From contig NC_068981.1 of the NCBI RefSeq assembly GCF_001194135.2, positions 9,508,210 through 9,559,844 of the forward strand: DNA of 51,635 nucleotides, read 5' to 3'. Both the position numbers and the translations under genes were made by a program. Each line of letters begins with the position of its first letter. Position 1 is the first letter of the stretch. Source of the stretch: Octopus bimaculoides. Taxonomy: Eukaryota. The notes beneath the pieces were generated by a model that was not told the origin of the DNA, ran no database searches, and saw nothing but the letters and a program-made list of their open reading frames with translations. This document shows positions 11,291-25,080 of the stretch, piece after piece.

Positions 11291-11496
11291 AATTTTTTAA
11301 TCAATAAATAATAATTTATTAATTGCCTCTCTATTTTCTTTTCTTATTATAATAAATAAATATAACCACTATATAACCACGGTTTATATAGTTACCTTGC
11401 AATTGGATATTAATTGTAATGTTCAACATTCTTTGTATAGGTAAGTAACCAGTACTTTCATAGGATTTTGCAATACCTGAATGAGGTTTATTCGTT

Positions 11497-11889
11497 TTTC
11501 TTTTTATTCTTTTACTTGTTTCAGTCATTTGACTGCGACTATGAAGGAGCACCACCATTAGTCGAACAAATTGACCCCAGGATTTATTCTTTGTAAGCCT
11601 AGTACTTATTCTATCGGTCTCTTTTGCTGAAACCGCTAAGTTACGGGGAAGTAAACATACCAACATCGGTTGTCAAGCGATGGCAGGGGAACACCCCCCC
11701 ACACACACATACACACACATATATATATACGACGGTCTTCTTTCAGTTTCCGTCTACCAAATCCATTCACAAGGCTTTGGTCGGCCCGAGGCTATAGTAC
11801 AAGACACCTGCCCAAGGTGCCACGGTGTGGGACTGAACCCGGAACCATGTGGTTGGTAAGCAAGCTACTTCTCACATAGCCACTCCTTC
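11497..11889 (-). mobile_element. SINE family B, full length
   Basis: All modules present, with an internal CA/TA tract. Confidence 0.92.
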
Positions 11890-12519
11890 GTCTTTGTAGC
11901 CTTTATTTGTGTGTATATATATATATATATGTACATATAATATGATATATGACGTATTCCTTATAAAAACTTGTTTTTCATTTATTTATGTCACATCTAA
12001 CGCAGATAGACCATACCAATATCAACTCCTCGTAATATCGTCTTTGAAGATAAATTACTTATTGATTTTGAATTCTTTTTAAACTCAATCAACCTCTCAT
12101 ATACTTTGATCCGCTCAGAACAAAAAATAATACAAACTGCACTTTCGATATTAATTAACCCACAGACTCAAGTACACATAATTATTCTTGATTCTCATTA
12201 CAACTTTTACACCGAGGTTAAATGTCAAGGAATTCTAAGTCTACAATAGGTTTATTAACGATCTAACTTGACGCCATATTGGTTTCTGGAAATTCATCCC
12301 TGCCAATGATTTTCTTGCTGTTACCATCTTGTAGTTGTTCAACAGGAATGGTAAAAGTGTCGAGCTTGTCTGTTTCGAAGTGCCTGAATAAAAACTTGGA
12401 TGAATTTAGATATTTTTCGGCTAAAAATTGGTCCAGGCCATGTCTAACTTAATAGCGCCACCTGATAGAATCTGTTAAGTTAGTTTTAAATCAAGTTTTA
12501 TGGTATCCTGGCCCATTCA

Positions 12520-12865
12520 AGTAAGGAGCTGTTGTCGAATGAGATGTATCCAGGTATAGCTGGCTTGTCTGGTATCCCTTGAAGAAATTTGTCTTGATGT
12601 GATGGAATGTTTTTTTTCCCTTGACTTTTCTGATATGTTAAATAGAAGGCCAGATGAGGAAAAGAAATTGTGTTGCAGTGGATTTATATGTTGTGATCCT
12701 GAATTGTGTAGAGGGCGTATCGCACGTGGTCCCAACCTTGGATGAATTCTGAATTCGATGTTAAGGTTGTTTGGCAATGCTGGTAGTATACCCTCCACAT
12801 TGTGCAAATGATGTAGCACTCACGGCGGCGATGAGGAGAGTGAAGTTTCAATGTTTTGAAGTACG
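12520..12865 (-). mobile_element. Decayed CR1/L2-type LINE 3' fragment
   Basis: LKLHSPHRRRECYIICTMWRVYYQH / PNNLNIEFRIHPRLGPRAIRP..HNFFSSSGLLFN across a frameshift. Same motif class as 3102-3477. Confidence 0.78.
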
Positions 12866-12959
12866 TTATAGGCTCAACCCCTTCCTCTGGACCAAACACA
12901 TTTAATGACAACAACAGCAACAACAACAACAGCATGATATATTTACAAAATTACACAAA

Positions 12960-13430
12960 TCGTTTTAGTATCAACTTGAAACTCTTCATTTCTTGAAACA
13001 GAAAAATTCTGTTCTTGTGACTGAAATTTCACTCCAAGTTCATAATTGCACTAGTATCTTTTGGCGTCATCAGTTTACCATTTTTCTTCTTCGTATATGT
13101 TCTGTTAGATTGTCATATCTAGCGGAAAAAATTGCAGAAATTGTTACATACCGATAGTTATAACTTTTCCTTTGTGCAACAGCTGTCATCTTTGAAATCA
13201 ATTCATGTGTTGTGATGCCAAAGATCACCGAAAGCCGAAACTAATGAGTTCCGTTTGCCTAGAATGAATGTCCTTCATCACAATGCTAATAAATTTTCGA
13301 GAACTTCTTCAATCACTTAACATATCGGTTTCTTCCACTGGGGTAGCAACTAGCTTAACCTTTGAGGCTGTAATCTCAGGTAGCTTTCCTCTATCTATTT
13401 CACTTGATCACCATTCAAGATCCCTGAGAT
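12960..13430 (-). mobile_element. Possible decayed LINE ORF1 (SGNH-esterase-like) remnant
   Basis: Fragments YVTISAIFSARYDNLTEHIRRRKMVN and CNYELGVKF loosely resemble the esterase C-terminal blocks. Several stops and frameshifts. Confidence 0.3.
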
Positions 13431-13489
13431 ATAAAACAAAATACGTTTTCAAACCCACACAGAGCAGTCGAATGTTGTCAGGCCACTGG

Positions 13490-13633
13490 AGTGGCTGTGT
13501 GACAAGAACTTTGCTTCCTAAACACATCATTTCTGGTTCAGTCCCACAACGTGGCACCTTAAGCAAATGTCTTCTACTGTAGCTTTGGGTCGACCAAAGC
13601 CATGTGAGTTCTCAGGGAGATTCAGCGTGACAC
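13490..13633 (+). mobile_element. Partial SINE B head fused to a short SINE C internal segment
   Basis: B head to 13608, then ttctcagggagattcagcgtgacac, which is the C family in antisense. Confidence 0.65.
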
Positions 13634-14048
13634 AAAATATTTGAGGAACCATTCCCTCCCTCTCAGTGCATTTCTTTCTTTCTTTCTTTCTTTCTCTCTC
13701 CATCCTCTCCTTTTTTCTCCTTCTCTCTCTTACTATCAGCCTGTCTAAACAAGGTCTGTACAACTTAGTGACACGGAGTTCAAAATGTTTCATATCACAA
13801 AGCGAGAGGGTGACAAGAACAAACTAGAACCGTTATCTTACATTGACTTTACTCTAGAATATTCTACAAAAACGATATATGTGTCATATACATTGCTGAT
13901 AGACCAGTTGTCGCAGTAATTGTGCTAAGATGACACTTCCTATGGACGTGCTGTGTCCAAAACACAATAAATATCTGAAAGAGAGAGGAACATTCGTTTC
14001 AGTTGTCTTATTAGCTCATAAGCAGTCGTGTCAATTATTTTGACACGA

Positions 14049-14241
14049 GGCCAGCAATTTCGGAGGGGGAGGAAAGTCGATTGTATCAACCCCAGTGTTA
14101 GACTGGTACTTATTTTATCACTCTAAAAGGGATGAAAAGCAAAGTCGACTTCGGCGTAATTTGAACCTAGTACATAACGACGGACGAAATCCCGGCGAGC
14201 ATTTTGTCCAGCTTGCTCATGATTCTGCCATGTTACTGCCT
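14049..14241 (-). mobile_element. SINE family A, diverged
   Basis: Reverse complement of the family A core and head. Confidence 0.8.
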
Positions 14242-14579
14242 TAGTCGTATTAATTATATTAAGGACAAATAAGAAAATATACAAATTTATCAAAAAAAAA
14301 AAAATGATTTGTATTTAAATTGCAAATTATTCTTAGCTGTTCAATTCAATTTTTCTTTCCTTCATTTTTTTTTTATTCCGGTGAATCTTTGTCTTCGTAA
14401 ATGTATTAAAAATATGGTATACTTCCAGACAGTTATTAAGACACGACACACACACATATGTACATCAATTACACATTTTCCCAAATATACACACGTTCAC
14501 ATAAACACGTACAAACATAAACTCGAAACAATGAATAATTGATTAAATAAATTTGAAGACACAATAAAAACAACGTAAT

Positions 14580-15200
<621 letters not shown>

Positions 15201-15500
15201 TATGCGATAACGATTATGTATGTCTGTCTGACACGTCAGAAAATAATCTCATAAATATAGGCACAACAATTTCGCATCTCATCGTAACACCTTCCTAAAA
15301 TCGACTTCATACTTCATACTTCAAATTATATTATTTTTGCTTGGGATTGATTTAAAAAAATATAGTTTTCACTATATTTGTGTCTGGCACTTATTTGTGC
15401 ATTTCCCGTTTTAATATGTGTAATGGCTTTCTCTTCCTTCCTCTAATGGCCTTGAAATCTAGACAATGTCTTGTATAATAATGATAATAATAATAATAAT

Positions 15501-15531
<31 letters not shown>

Positions 15532-16295
15532 CGTATGTGTGTGTATTCATTTATATACACTATATACCCATACAAGCACGCACGATTATAAATATGTATA
15601 CGTGTTTGTGTGTGTGAATGTACGTATATATGAGTGTATATGTATGCTAATGATTATATGTACATGTATATGTATATATATGTATATATATANNNNNNNN
15701 NNNNNNNNNNNNNNNNNNNNNNNNNNNNNNNNNNNNNNNNNNNNNNNNNNNNNNNNNNNNNNNNNNNNNNNNNNNNNNNNNNNNNNNNNNNNNNNNNNNN
15801 NNNNNNNNNNNNNNNNNNNNNNNNNNNNNNNNNNNNNNNNNNNNNNNNNNNNNNNNNNNNNNNNNNNNNNNNNNNNNNNNNNNNNNNNNNNNNNNNNNNN
15901 NNNNNNNNNNNNNNNNNNNNNNNNNNNNATATATATATATATATATATATATACCTACATAAATATATATATATATGTATATACATATGTCTATATATAT
16001 ATAAATATATATAGAGACATATGTATATATATGCACACACATACATGCACGCAACTATGTTCACATACACCTACGTACATAAGCACTCACATGCACCCAC
16101 ACAGATATAAACAAATATCTCGGAAGCTCAGAACGTCATAAATGCTTATTCGGTGTTTTTCGTTTCCGATTTTCGGTCGATGCTGATCAATAGAAGAATA
16201 GGAAACATAAAATCAGAAACCGCAATAATTATTAAATGATTAAGTACAATAAAATTGAATACCATTAATCTTTAATCTTTGTTGAAAAAATTTCA

Positions 16296-16385
16296 AGGCA
16301 TGGATGGGGTGGTTAAGAAGTATGTCTCCCATCTATGTGGTCTTGGGTTCAGTCCTACCACGTGGCACTTCGGGCAGATATTTTA
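16296..16385 (+). mobile_element. Diverged SINE B head fragment
   Basis: gtggttaagaag...gggttcagtcc.accacgtggcacttcgggcag. Confidence 0.55.
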
Positions 16386-16696
16386 TTCAGTATCTAAAAG
16401 CCCCCCACCCACTACTGAACTTGCTGGCCTTGTGCCGAAATTTGAATCGAATAATGTCTTAATTTCACCCTTTACTCCCATTTATTTCTCTCAAAACGCA
16501 GCGTTCTTTATTTCCCAAATTTAACATTACTCTAACAACTGCTTCCAATTAAACTCGGTAATATTCTAAGAGATACATTTATAATTGCATTACACTCATT
16601 GCTATTCGTGGCAGTGGTGGTGGTGGTGGTGGTAGTGGATTTTTCGATCGAATTAAGGCAAACTATATTTCCATTGGTTTTTCAAATTGCTGACTG

Positions 16697-16840
16697 AAGT
16701 GATTGTATACGGTGTGAGTTGCATTATTTCATTGAATGGTCAGCACTCAATAAAATATCGCCTTTCACACCGCATACAACCGCCACTGTTCCTCTCAATG
16801 AAATAACACTACTCATACAACACATCGTATACAGTCACCA
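16697..16840. repeat. Small degenerate palindromic (MITE-like) element
   Basis: gtgattgtatacggtgtg..ttatttcattga is inverted at about 16796-16840. Confidence 0.5.
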
Positions 16841-16871
16841 TTCAATATAATCACCACCCGAAACTAAAGAA

Positions 16872-17203
16872 GTGAGCTGGCAGAATCGCTAGCACGCCGG
16901 GCGAAATGCTTAGCGGTACTTCGTCTGTCTTTACGTTCTGAGTTCAAGTTCTGCCGAGATCAACTTTGCCTTTCATTCTTTCGAGGCCGATGAATTAAGT
17001 ACTAGTTGCGTACTGGGTTCGATCTAATCGACTGGGCCCCCTCCCCCAAATTTTCGGGCCCTGTGCCTAGAGTAGAAAATATATAAGGCGGCGAGCTGGC
17101 AGAAACGTTAGCACATCGGGCGAAATGCTTAGCGGTATTTCGTCTGTTTTTACGTTCTGAATTCTGATTCCACCAAGGTTCTGAGGTCGACTTTGCCTTT
17201 CAT
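16872..17203 (+). mobile_element. SINE family A, full copy plus partial copy
   Basis: Heads at about 16872 and 17087. Confidence 0.9.
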
Positions 17204-17445
17204 ACTACTTTATGGTAGTAACATTAATTCTCGGTGGTGATGGAAAAATAAAATGTCTGACTAAAAGTTCTAAAAGACTACGAGAAAACAAACTTTACAA
17301 AAAACAAAACTAATGTAGTACACAAACCAAAGTTGCACGCACCTCAGGAATACAGGGGTGGGGTTTGGCACTTGGTGATGCTGTAGAATCTCGCGTAAAA
17401 CTTTTGAAAATCATAACAATTATGATAATGTTGTTGTTGTTGTTG

Positions 17446-17476
<31 letters not shown>

Positions 17477-18364
17477 TGATGATAAAATTAGTGTTTGGTA
17501 TTATTTTTGTTACTGCATATTATCATCATTTCTATATTCATCTCTTCTTCATCTTTCTTACCAATGAAAAGAAAAGCTGTTTGATGTCTGCTACCGAACC
17601 GATTGTAGATTAGTTTCCAGTTGGTATATTCCATGCAAGATACTTACTGATCTCCAAGATAAGCAATTTTCAATGCTTCGCTTAGTTCCATCTCGACTTA
17701 TCGTTTCTTAATATTGTGACCTTTCTTGTTTTTCTCTCTTCTTTTTTCTTTAACGTTTGTAGAAGATGAAGATATATGGTGATTAGAAGGGGCTATGGAG
17801 CAACAGAAGAACTATTACGGTCATTAAATAAGATCAGGCGCTCTGATTGGACGGCCGACCTTGTTTATTAGCTGACTGGGTAAAATGTTAAATAGTCTGC
17901 GTTTTTTTTCGAAGCCAATGCCAGACAAAACTGGCTTATGAAATGGGGAATAGAATTTCAGTAACTGAATGATTGACTGGTAAATACGGTCAGATAATTT
18001 AAATATGTGTGCAATTCATACAATACGCTTTTGAAAGTGCAGACCAGCGTAATCTCGGACAGAGCTATCTAGGATAACATCCAGCTCACCGAAGACAGGG
18101 TAGAAAACAAAATTAGCTTTGGTAAAACTCCATTGAATTCGGATCAATTAAAAGTTTCCGATTGGATCGACTGTCTTTACTTGTAAGCTATCAGTCCTGT
18201 TTTAAGAGGTTTGGTCGTTTCACTTCGGTGTTGGGAAAATATGACAACGCATCGAAAACGTTTCGAACCACATGCTACGTCTTTCAAAAGTGACTTCTGG
18301 AATATATTATGTATGTATTGATTCTTGGGTCAATATTGAATAAATAAATAAATAAAGCGAAAAA

Positions 18365-18395
<31 letters not shown>

Positions 18396-18924
18396 AACGA
18401 AAAAAAAAAAACTGAAGGTGTTGTGGGACATCCCGTTCGAAATGAGATGCTGGAGAGTGTGTGGATACATTTGGATAACATAACTAAAATGGTGTCCGAC
18501 ACTAAGAGGTCGAGATGGTCAGCCTCACTTTAAAGGCACACGAAACGGTGTCAGGAACAAAAATTAGCCCAGACAAGTTGGTGAGATTGCAGATCGGCAT
18601 TTGCAGAGGCAAGTCCAAGATGCTGCCCATCGTCTCGGGACGCTGAACCGACGAACCAGTCAAATTTCTTGCGATCTGATTCAAAACTTGGACAAAGTCA
18701 CGAGCAGGATGGCCGGTCTGACCCAGAAGGGGACTGAGAAGAAGATATCCTGAAAGGAAGCGAACGTATATTGTCGCCCGTTATAAATTGCCGTCTAATC
18801 ATTGTATTTTGCTCATTTTTGTCTGAACAAATTAGAGTTTGCATTTTGACTTCTTGTGAAAGTGACGCGTCTCACAGTCTTCGTAGGGAGCTTGGTTTCC
18901 TGTGGCAGATGATGCACGGATGAT

Positions 18925-19317
18925 GTTGTTGTTGTTGTTGGCACTCCGTCGCTTACGACGTCGAGGGTTCCAGTTGATCCGATCAACGGAACAGCCTACT
19001 CGGGAAATTAACGTGCAAGTGGCTGAGCACTTCACAGACACGTGTACCCTTAACGTAGTTCTCGGGGAGATTCAGCGTGACACAGTGTGATAAGACCGAC
19101 CCTTTGAATTACAAGCACAACAGAAACAGGAATTAAGAGTGAGAGAAAGTTGTGGTGAAAGAGTACAGCAGGGTTCGCCACCATCGCCTGCCGGAGCCTC
19201 GTGGTGCTTTAGGTGTTTTCACTCAATAAACACTCACAACGCCCGGTCTGGTAATCGAAACTGCGATCCTATGACCGCGAGTCCGCTGCCCTAACCACTG
19301 GTCCATTGCGTCTCCAC
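18925..19317 (-). mobile_element. SINE family C, full length, with 11-bp TSD
   Basis: tRNA-like head gtggagacgcaatgg.ccagtggttaggg, (CAA)n tail, and TSD gcacggatgat at 18914-18924 and 19318-19328. Confidence 0.93.
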
Positions 19318-19639
19318 GCACGGATGATATAAACGGCAGAATCTACACAGATTCTTGGTTACATCTCTTGATATGAGCTTAACTCTACAGGCACAGAAGT
19401 ACTGTTTACAAGGCATGTTTGAAACGCGCGCAAAGCAACGAAACTGTTCTGCGTTCGTCTAGTGTCGGTGCATTAGTGACTTCTGAATTTTTGTCAAACA
19501 GTTGTTACGTGTAGAATGGATTCAACTATCGGCCGAGTCCATCGCGAAAAGCGTCCCGCCATTTTCCTGTAGATGGGAAGAATAGTAATTTTTCGTCTGT
19601 CTGTTGGCAATGTGAAAGAGGTTGTGAAATGGCTACTGG

Positions 19640-19860
19640 TGGTGATGGTATTGATGATGATGATGATGATAACCGCGACGATGGTGATGATGATGATAAC
19701 GATGATGGTTATGTTGGTGGGCATGTCAATAATGATGATGACGATGGTGGTGGTGGTGGTGGTGGTGGTGATAGTGAAAGTTGTGACGATGATGATTAAT
19801 AATGAGAGTTACGATGTTGAAGAGGCTAATGTTCATGATGATGATGATAATGATGATGGC
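19640..19860. repeat. Degenerate (ATG/GTG)n trinucleotide tract
   Basis: Seen directly. It explains the Met/Val-rich ORF. Confidence 0.85.
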
Positions 19861-19979
19861 GGCGAGGAGTCAGAGAACTGCGCTGGTGCTATAATTAACG
19901 CTGAAGATATTCAAACGTGGGCCAATAATTTTTTTCCGCCATATTTCTATTTGACAATGGTTTGAAATTTTGACAGAAG

Positions 19980-20170
19980 GCCAGAAGGTTTAGGGTAGGA
20001 GCTATGTCGATTAAATCAACCACAGTGATCAACTGCTCCTTATTTTATCGACCTCGAAAGGACGAGAGGCAAAGTAGATCCGGCGGAATTCGAACTCAGA
20101 ACGTAAAGACGGACGAAATGCCGCTAAGCGTTTTGTTCGGCGTGCTAACGATTCTGCCAGCTCGCCGCCA
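19980..20170 (-). mobile_element. SINE family A
   Basis: Reverse complement of head and core. Confidence 0.85.
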
Positions 20171-20914
20171 TGTTTGTATTTGATATTAACGTACAACCGA
20201 CATCGTTGTCCCGTGCGCTCTGTATACATCTTCTGATGTATTTAACAAGCGTAACATTTAATAATCACAAGAACTCAGAACTGTGTAGCATTGTCATTTG
20301 ATGCAAATTGTTTATTTATAATCGATTTTCTCTTAATAGTTATTATTTTTCAGTTTCATAGTTTCATTTTATTAATGTAATTCTCTGCCGCCATTGCAAC
20401 GAGAATTAAAAGAAAGGAGTGTTGGGTGTTTTCTATTATGTTTAGCTACATCCCATGTTATGACAGCTGCAGAAGTTAGTACAATTTTATGCTGAATTTA
20501 CACAATTTTATTTAAATTGATTCCTCGCGTGACAAATGATTATGATATAATAATGTTATGACTATCATTGAGACAAACATGGCTGTGTGATTAATAATCA
20601 CGTAGTTCCGTGTTCAATCTTATTGCGTTTTGCCTCGAGCGAGTGTCTTCTGCAATTACCTCAGGTTCAGTAATGCCATTGTCAGTGGAATTTAGTTGAC
20701 GGGAGCTATATCCGTGACAGATAGTGCACATATAGGCGTAGGAGTGGCTGTGTGGTAAGAAGCTTCCTTACGAACCACATGGTTCCGGGTTCAGTTCCAC
20801 TGCGTGGCACCTTGGGCAAGTGTCTTCTACTATAGCCTCGGGCCGACCAAAGCCTTGCGAGTGGATTTGGCAGACGAAAACTGAAAGAAACCCGTCGTAT
20901 ATATGTATATATAT

Positions 20915-21508
20915 ATATTATTTTGTTTAAAAGAGTTCCAACACTGTCTGTTTTTTATGTTTTATTTATATTCCTGCAGAACCAATGTGGGGTATAGAAT
21001 ATGGAATATACAATATATAATATAATATACAATATATAAAATAAAATAAAATAAAATAAAAATGGATGGCACCATGAAAGAAAGTATTGAATGTAGATGA
21101 AATATTGAGTGTTCAGTATAAAGGATCAAATATATAAATATATAAANNNNNNNNNNNNNNNNNNNNNNNNNNNNACGAAGGGAAATAGCCCTGAAACTCG
21201 AGTCGCCTTTATATATTTATATTTATATATTTGATCCTTTATATTGAACACTCAATATTTCATCTACATTCAATACTTTCTTTCATGGTGCCATCCATTT
21301 TTATTTTATTTTATTTTATATTATATATTGTATATTATATTATATATTGTATATTCCATATTCTATACCCCACATTGGTTCTGCAGGAATATAAATAAAA
21401 CATAAAAAACAGACAGTGTTGGAACTCTTTTAAACAAAATAATATATTCCTCTATACACAATCATACAAAAAAACTCACCTTTTTTGTATTTATTTTTAC
21501 TCGCATAT
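20915..21508 (+). mobile_element. Foldback element with ~230-bp near-identical arms and a central HHR
   Basis: 20915-21146 is the reverse complement of about 21208-21446. Differences are one substitution and short repeat-unit counts. Confidence 0.8.
21175..21210 (+). ncRNA. Candidate minimal type I hammerhead ribozyme (first core bases hidden in gap)
   Basis: [CTG in gap]ACGA, helix II AGGG/CCCT with loop AAATAG, GAAAC, palindromic loop TCGA, GTC triplet at 21202-21204. Confidence 0.65.
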
Positions 21509-21822
21509 ATAAATATATATATATATTCATATGTGTGTGTGTATGTTTGTGTGTCTGTGTTTGTCCCCCAACATCGCTTGACAACCGATGCTGGCGTGTT
21601 TACGTCCCCGTAACTTAGCGGTTCGGCAAAAAGAAAATAATAGAAAAAGTACTAGGCTTCCCAAGAATAAGTCCTAGGGATCGATTTGCTCGACTAAAGG
21701 CGGTGCTCCAGCTTGGCCGCAGTCAAATGACTGAAACAAGTAAAAGAGTAGAGTAAAAAGAGTATACACCCACAAACAGACATACACATATACAAGCACT
21801 CACACGGGCGTACACTCACAAC

Positions 21823-21872
<50 letters not shown>

Positions 21873-21882
21873 NNNNNNNNNN

Positions 21883-21927
<45 letters not shown>

Positions 21928-22355
21928 CCTTCGTTTACTCTCACCCTTTACCTCATCTTCTAAGCAAACACACATACAAGCATGCATACACAGAGACATA
22001 AGACCAATTCGCAGACAGATTTAGAGAAGAGCTTCGAGCGAAAAGGGAAGTCACTAAGTCACCGAAGGGGTCCCGAGCAGCAACGAAAGAATTTTGACTA
22101 ACAAACAACCGATCGATTCATTAGCTGGTTAGGTATTTAACCAATTAACTAACCGTAAAGAAGTGGAATTGAACCTGTGCGTGTGTTGTCATTGGCATAA
22201 TGGTTCTTCCAAGATAGCAAAGTAACAAAACAAAACAAGCAATAGAAATCCAAAGCCAATGTTCTTCGAACGACGTCACTTAGTGATATTTATCCTGCGT
22301 GCAGTTTAGACACCTTCTTGTTAATTCTCATTGACTTGTTAGATACCTATATTCG

Positions 22356-22740
22356 TGGCACTCCGTCGTTTACGACGACGAGGGCTCCAGTTAATCCGTT
22401 CAACGAAACAGCCTGCTCGTGAAATTAACGTGCAAGTGGCTGAGCACTCCACTGACACGTGTACCCTTAACATAGTTCTCAGGGGAGCTTCAGCGTGACA
22501 CAGAGTGTGACAAGGCTGACCCCTTGAAATACAAGCACAAGAGAAACAGGAAGAAAGAGTGAGAGAAAGTTGTGGTGAAAGAGTACAGCAGGGTTCGCCA
22601 CCACCATCCCCTGCCGGAGCCTCATGAAGCTTCAGATGTTTTCGCTGAATAAGCACTCACAACGCCCGGTCTGGGAATCGAAACCGCGATCCTACGACCG
22701 CGAGTCCGCTGCCATAACCACTGGGACCTTGCGCCTCCAC
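22356..22740 (-). mobile_element. SINE family C, full length
   Basis: High similarity to 18925-19317. Confidence 0.92.
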
Positions 22741-23047
22741 GGTAGACACGTATANNNNNNNNNNNNNNNNNNNNNNNNNNNNNNNNNNNNNNNNNNNNNN
22801 NNNNNNNNNNNNNNNNNNNNNNNNNNNNNNNNNNNNNNNNNNNNNNNNNNNNNNNNNNNNNNNNNNNNNNNNNNNNNNNNNNNNNNNNNNNNNNNNNNNN
22901 NNNNNNNNNNNNNNNNNNNNNNNNNNNNNNNNNNNNNNNNNNNNNNNNNNNNNNNNNNNNNNNNNNNNNNNNNNNNNNNNNNNNNNNNNNNNNNNNNNNN
23001 NNNNNNNNNNNNNNNNNNNNNNNNNNNNNNNNNNNNNNNNNNNNNNN

Positions 23048-23094
<47 letters not shown>

Positions 23095-23340
23095 CTTTGT
23101 CTCACACACACAATCACTCTCTCTCACACACACTCTTTCCCTCACATGCATACAACCTCTCTCTCACTCCCTCCCTCCTCCCACGCACTCACTCTCTCTC
23201 TCACACGCACACACTCTCTCTCTCACACTCTCCCTAGCTCACACTCTCTCTCACATACACATGCGCACACACGCACTTTCTCCCTTTCACACATACACAC
23301 GTACATATATACACACCTTCACACACAGGGACACACACTC

Positions 23341-23412
23341 ACACGCGAACTCTCTATCCCCCCCACACGCGAACTCTCTATCCCCCCCACACGCGAACTC
23401 TCTATCCCCCCC
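23341..23412 (+). repeat. 24-bp unit, 3 exact copies
   Basis: acacgcgaactctctatccccccc repeated three times. Confidence 0.92.
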
Positions 23413-23674
23413 ACATACACATACATATATGCTCTNNNNNNNNNNNNNNNNNNNNNNNNNNNNNNNNNNNNNNNNNNNNNNNNNNNNNNNNNNNNNNNNN
23501 NNNNNNNNNNNNNNNNNNNNNNNNNNNNNNNNNNNNNNNNNNNNNNNNNNNNNNNNNNNNNNNNNNNNNNNNNNNNNNNNNNNNNNNNNNNNNNNNNNNN
23601 NNNNNNNNNNNGAGGGACACTGGCGAGACTGATGTGGTGGACGCCCAAACGGCACAAAGTTTTTAGATCAGTGA

Positions 23675-24173
23675 AGGCGGTGAGTTGGCAGAAACGTTAG
23701 CACGCCGGACGAAATGTTTAGCGGTATTTCGTCTGCCGTTACGTTCTGAGTTCAAATTCCGCCGAGGTCGACTTTGCCTTTCATCCTTTCGGGGTCGATA
23801 AATTAAGTACCAGTTACGCACTGGGGTCGATGTAATCGACTTAATCCGTTCGTCTGTTCTTGTTTGTTCCCTCTATGTTTAGCCCCTTGTGGGCAATAAC
23901 GAAATAGGTATTTCGTCTGCCGTTACGTTCTGAGTTCAAATTCAGCCGACTACGGGGTCGTTTATATAAGTACCAGTTACACTCTGGGGTCGATATAATT
24001 CCTTTGTCTGTCCTTGTTTGTCCCCTCTATGTTTAGCCCCTTGTGGGCAATAAAGAAATAAGAAACGTTAGCACGCCGGGCAAAATGCTGAGCGATATTT
24101 CGCCTGTCTTTACGTTCTGAGTTCAAATTCCGCCGAAGTCGACTTTGCCTTTCATCCTTTCGAAGTCGATAAA
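23675..24173 (+). mobile_element. Tandem trimer of SINE family A
   Basis: Full unit followed by two head-truncated units, joined at about 23906 and 24061. Confidence 0.9.
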
Positions 24174-24351
24174 TTCTATTATTCTGTAAAATAATATTTA
24201 ATTAGTTTAAATGTACACAAATGCATAAAAATAATTTTTAATTCCATTAGACATTCTAAAATACTATTAAATTTCATTCAATTTTTAAAAAGATGAAATC
24301 GGACAGAACTTATGGGATGACCTGATAGTTATTTATTAAAATTAAACTGGT

Positions 24352-24650
24352 TAGCTGGCAGAATCATTAGCGCATCGGATAAAAATTATTAGAGGGGGTG
24401 GCTTTATTTCGGCTCTTTACGTTTTGTGTTCAAATCTCGCCTAGGTCAACTTCGCATTTCATCCTTTCGGGGTCGATAAAATAAGTACCAGCTGATCACT
24501 GGGGTAACCGACTTGCTGGCCATGGGCTAAAATTTGAAACCATTATCCATGGCGGAGAGCTGGCAGAATCGTTAGCACGCCGGATGAAATGCTTAGCGGC
24601 ATTTCGTCCGTCATTACGTTCTAAGTTCAAATTCCGCTGAGTCAACTTCC
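24352..24650 (+). mobile_element. Two diverged SINE family A copies
   Basis: gagctggcagaatc heads at about 24352 and 24550. Confidence 0.8.
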
Positions 24651-24699
24651 ATATAGAGAAGTTTCAAAAATATAATAACCTGTGATACGAACATTAAAC

Positions 24700-25080
24700 A
24701 TGCAACAAGTAATGAAGAGAAAGAGGTGCTTGAGGGACATCATAAGAATTGATGAGATGATTATAGTAGCAAATTGCGATGAAAAGACTTTTGACAGCCT
24801 AATCGACTAACCCTTTGAATAATAGATTAATTATCAAACTGGGTGATAATAAAGCTGAAACGAAACATAACCAGTGCGTGTGCTTTTAATGTCAGTACAA
24901 CCTTCCCAAATTACAGCAATATTAGTTTCAACACACGATTTCATATCAAGAATCTTACAGAACAAGTACAAAAGCAAGAATATTTCTTCAGTGGTAAATA
25001 TCAAAATATTTTTCATGAATTTGTACCACATAAATACGATAAAAAAACGATAGAAATTATCCTAATCATGAATTTTTGCT
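24700..25080 (+). mobile_element. Possible decayed Penelope-like RT N-terminal fragment
   Basis: LRDIIRIDEMIIVANCDEK and KLKRNI..FHIKNLTEQVQK..NIFHEFVP..KTIEII loosely follow the order of PLE RT motifs. Confidence 0.35.

Larger units (their letters stand above)
20734..21765 (+). mobile_element. SINE family B interrupted in its internal (TA)n by a foldback element
   Basis: Head at 20734-20905; 3' domain at about 21515-21765. Confidence 0.9.
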
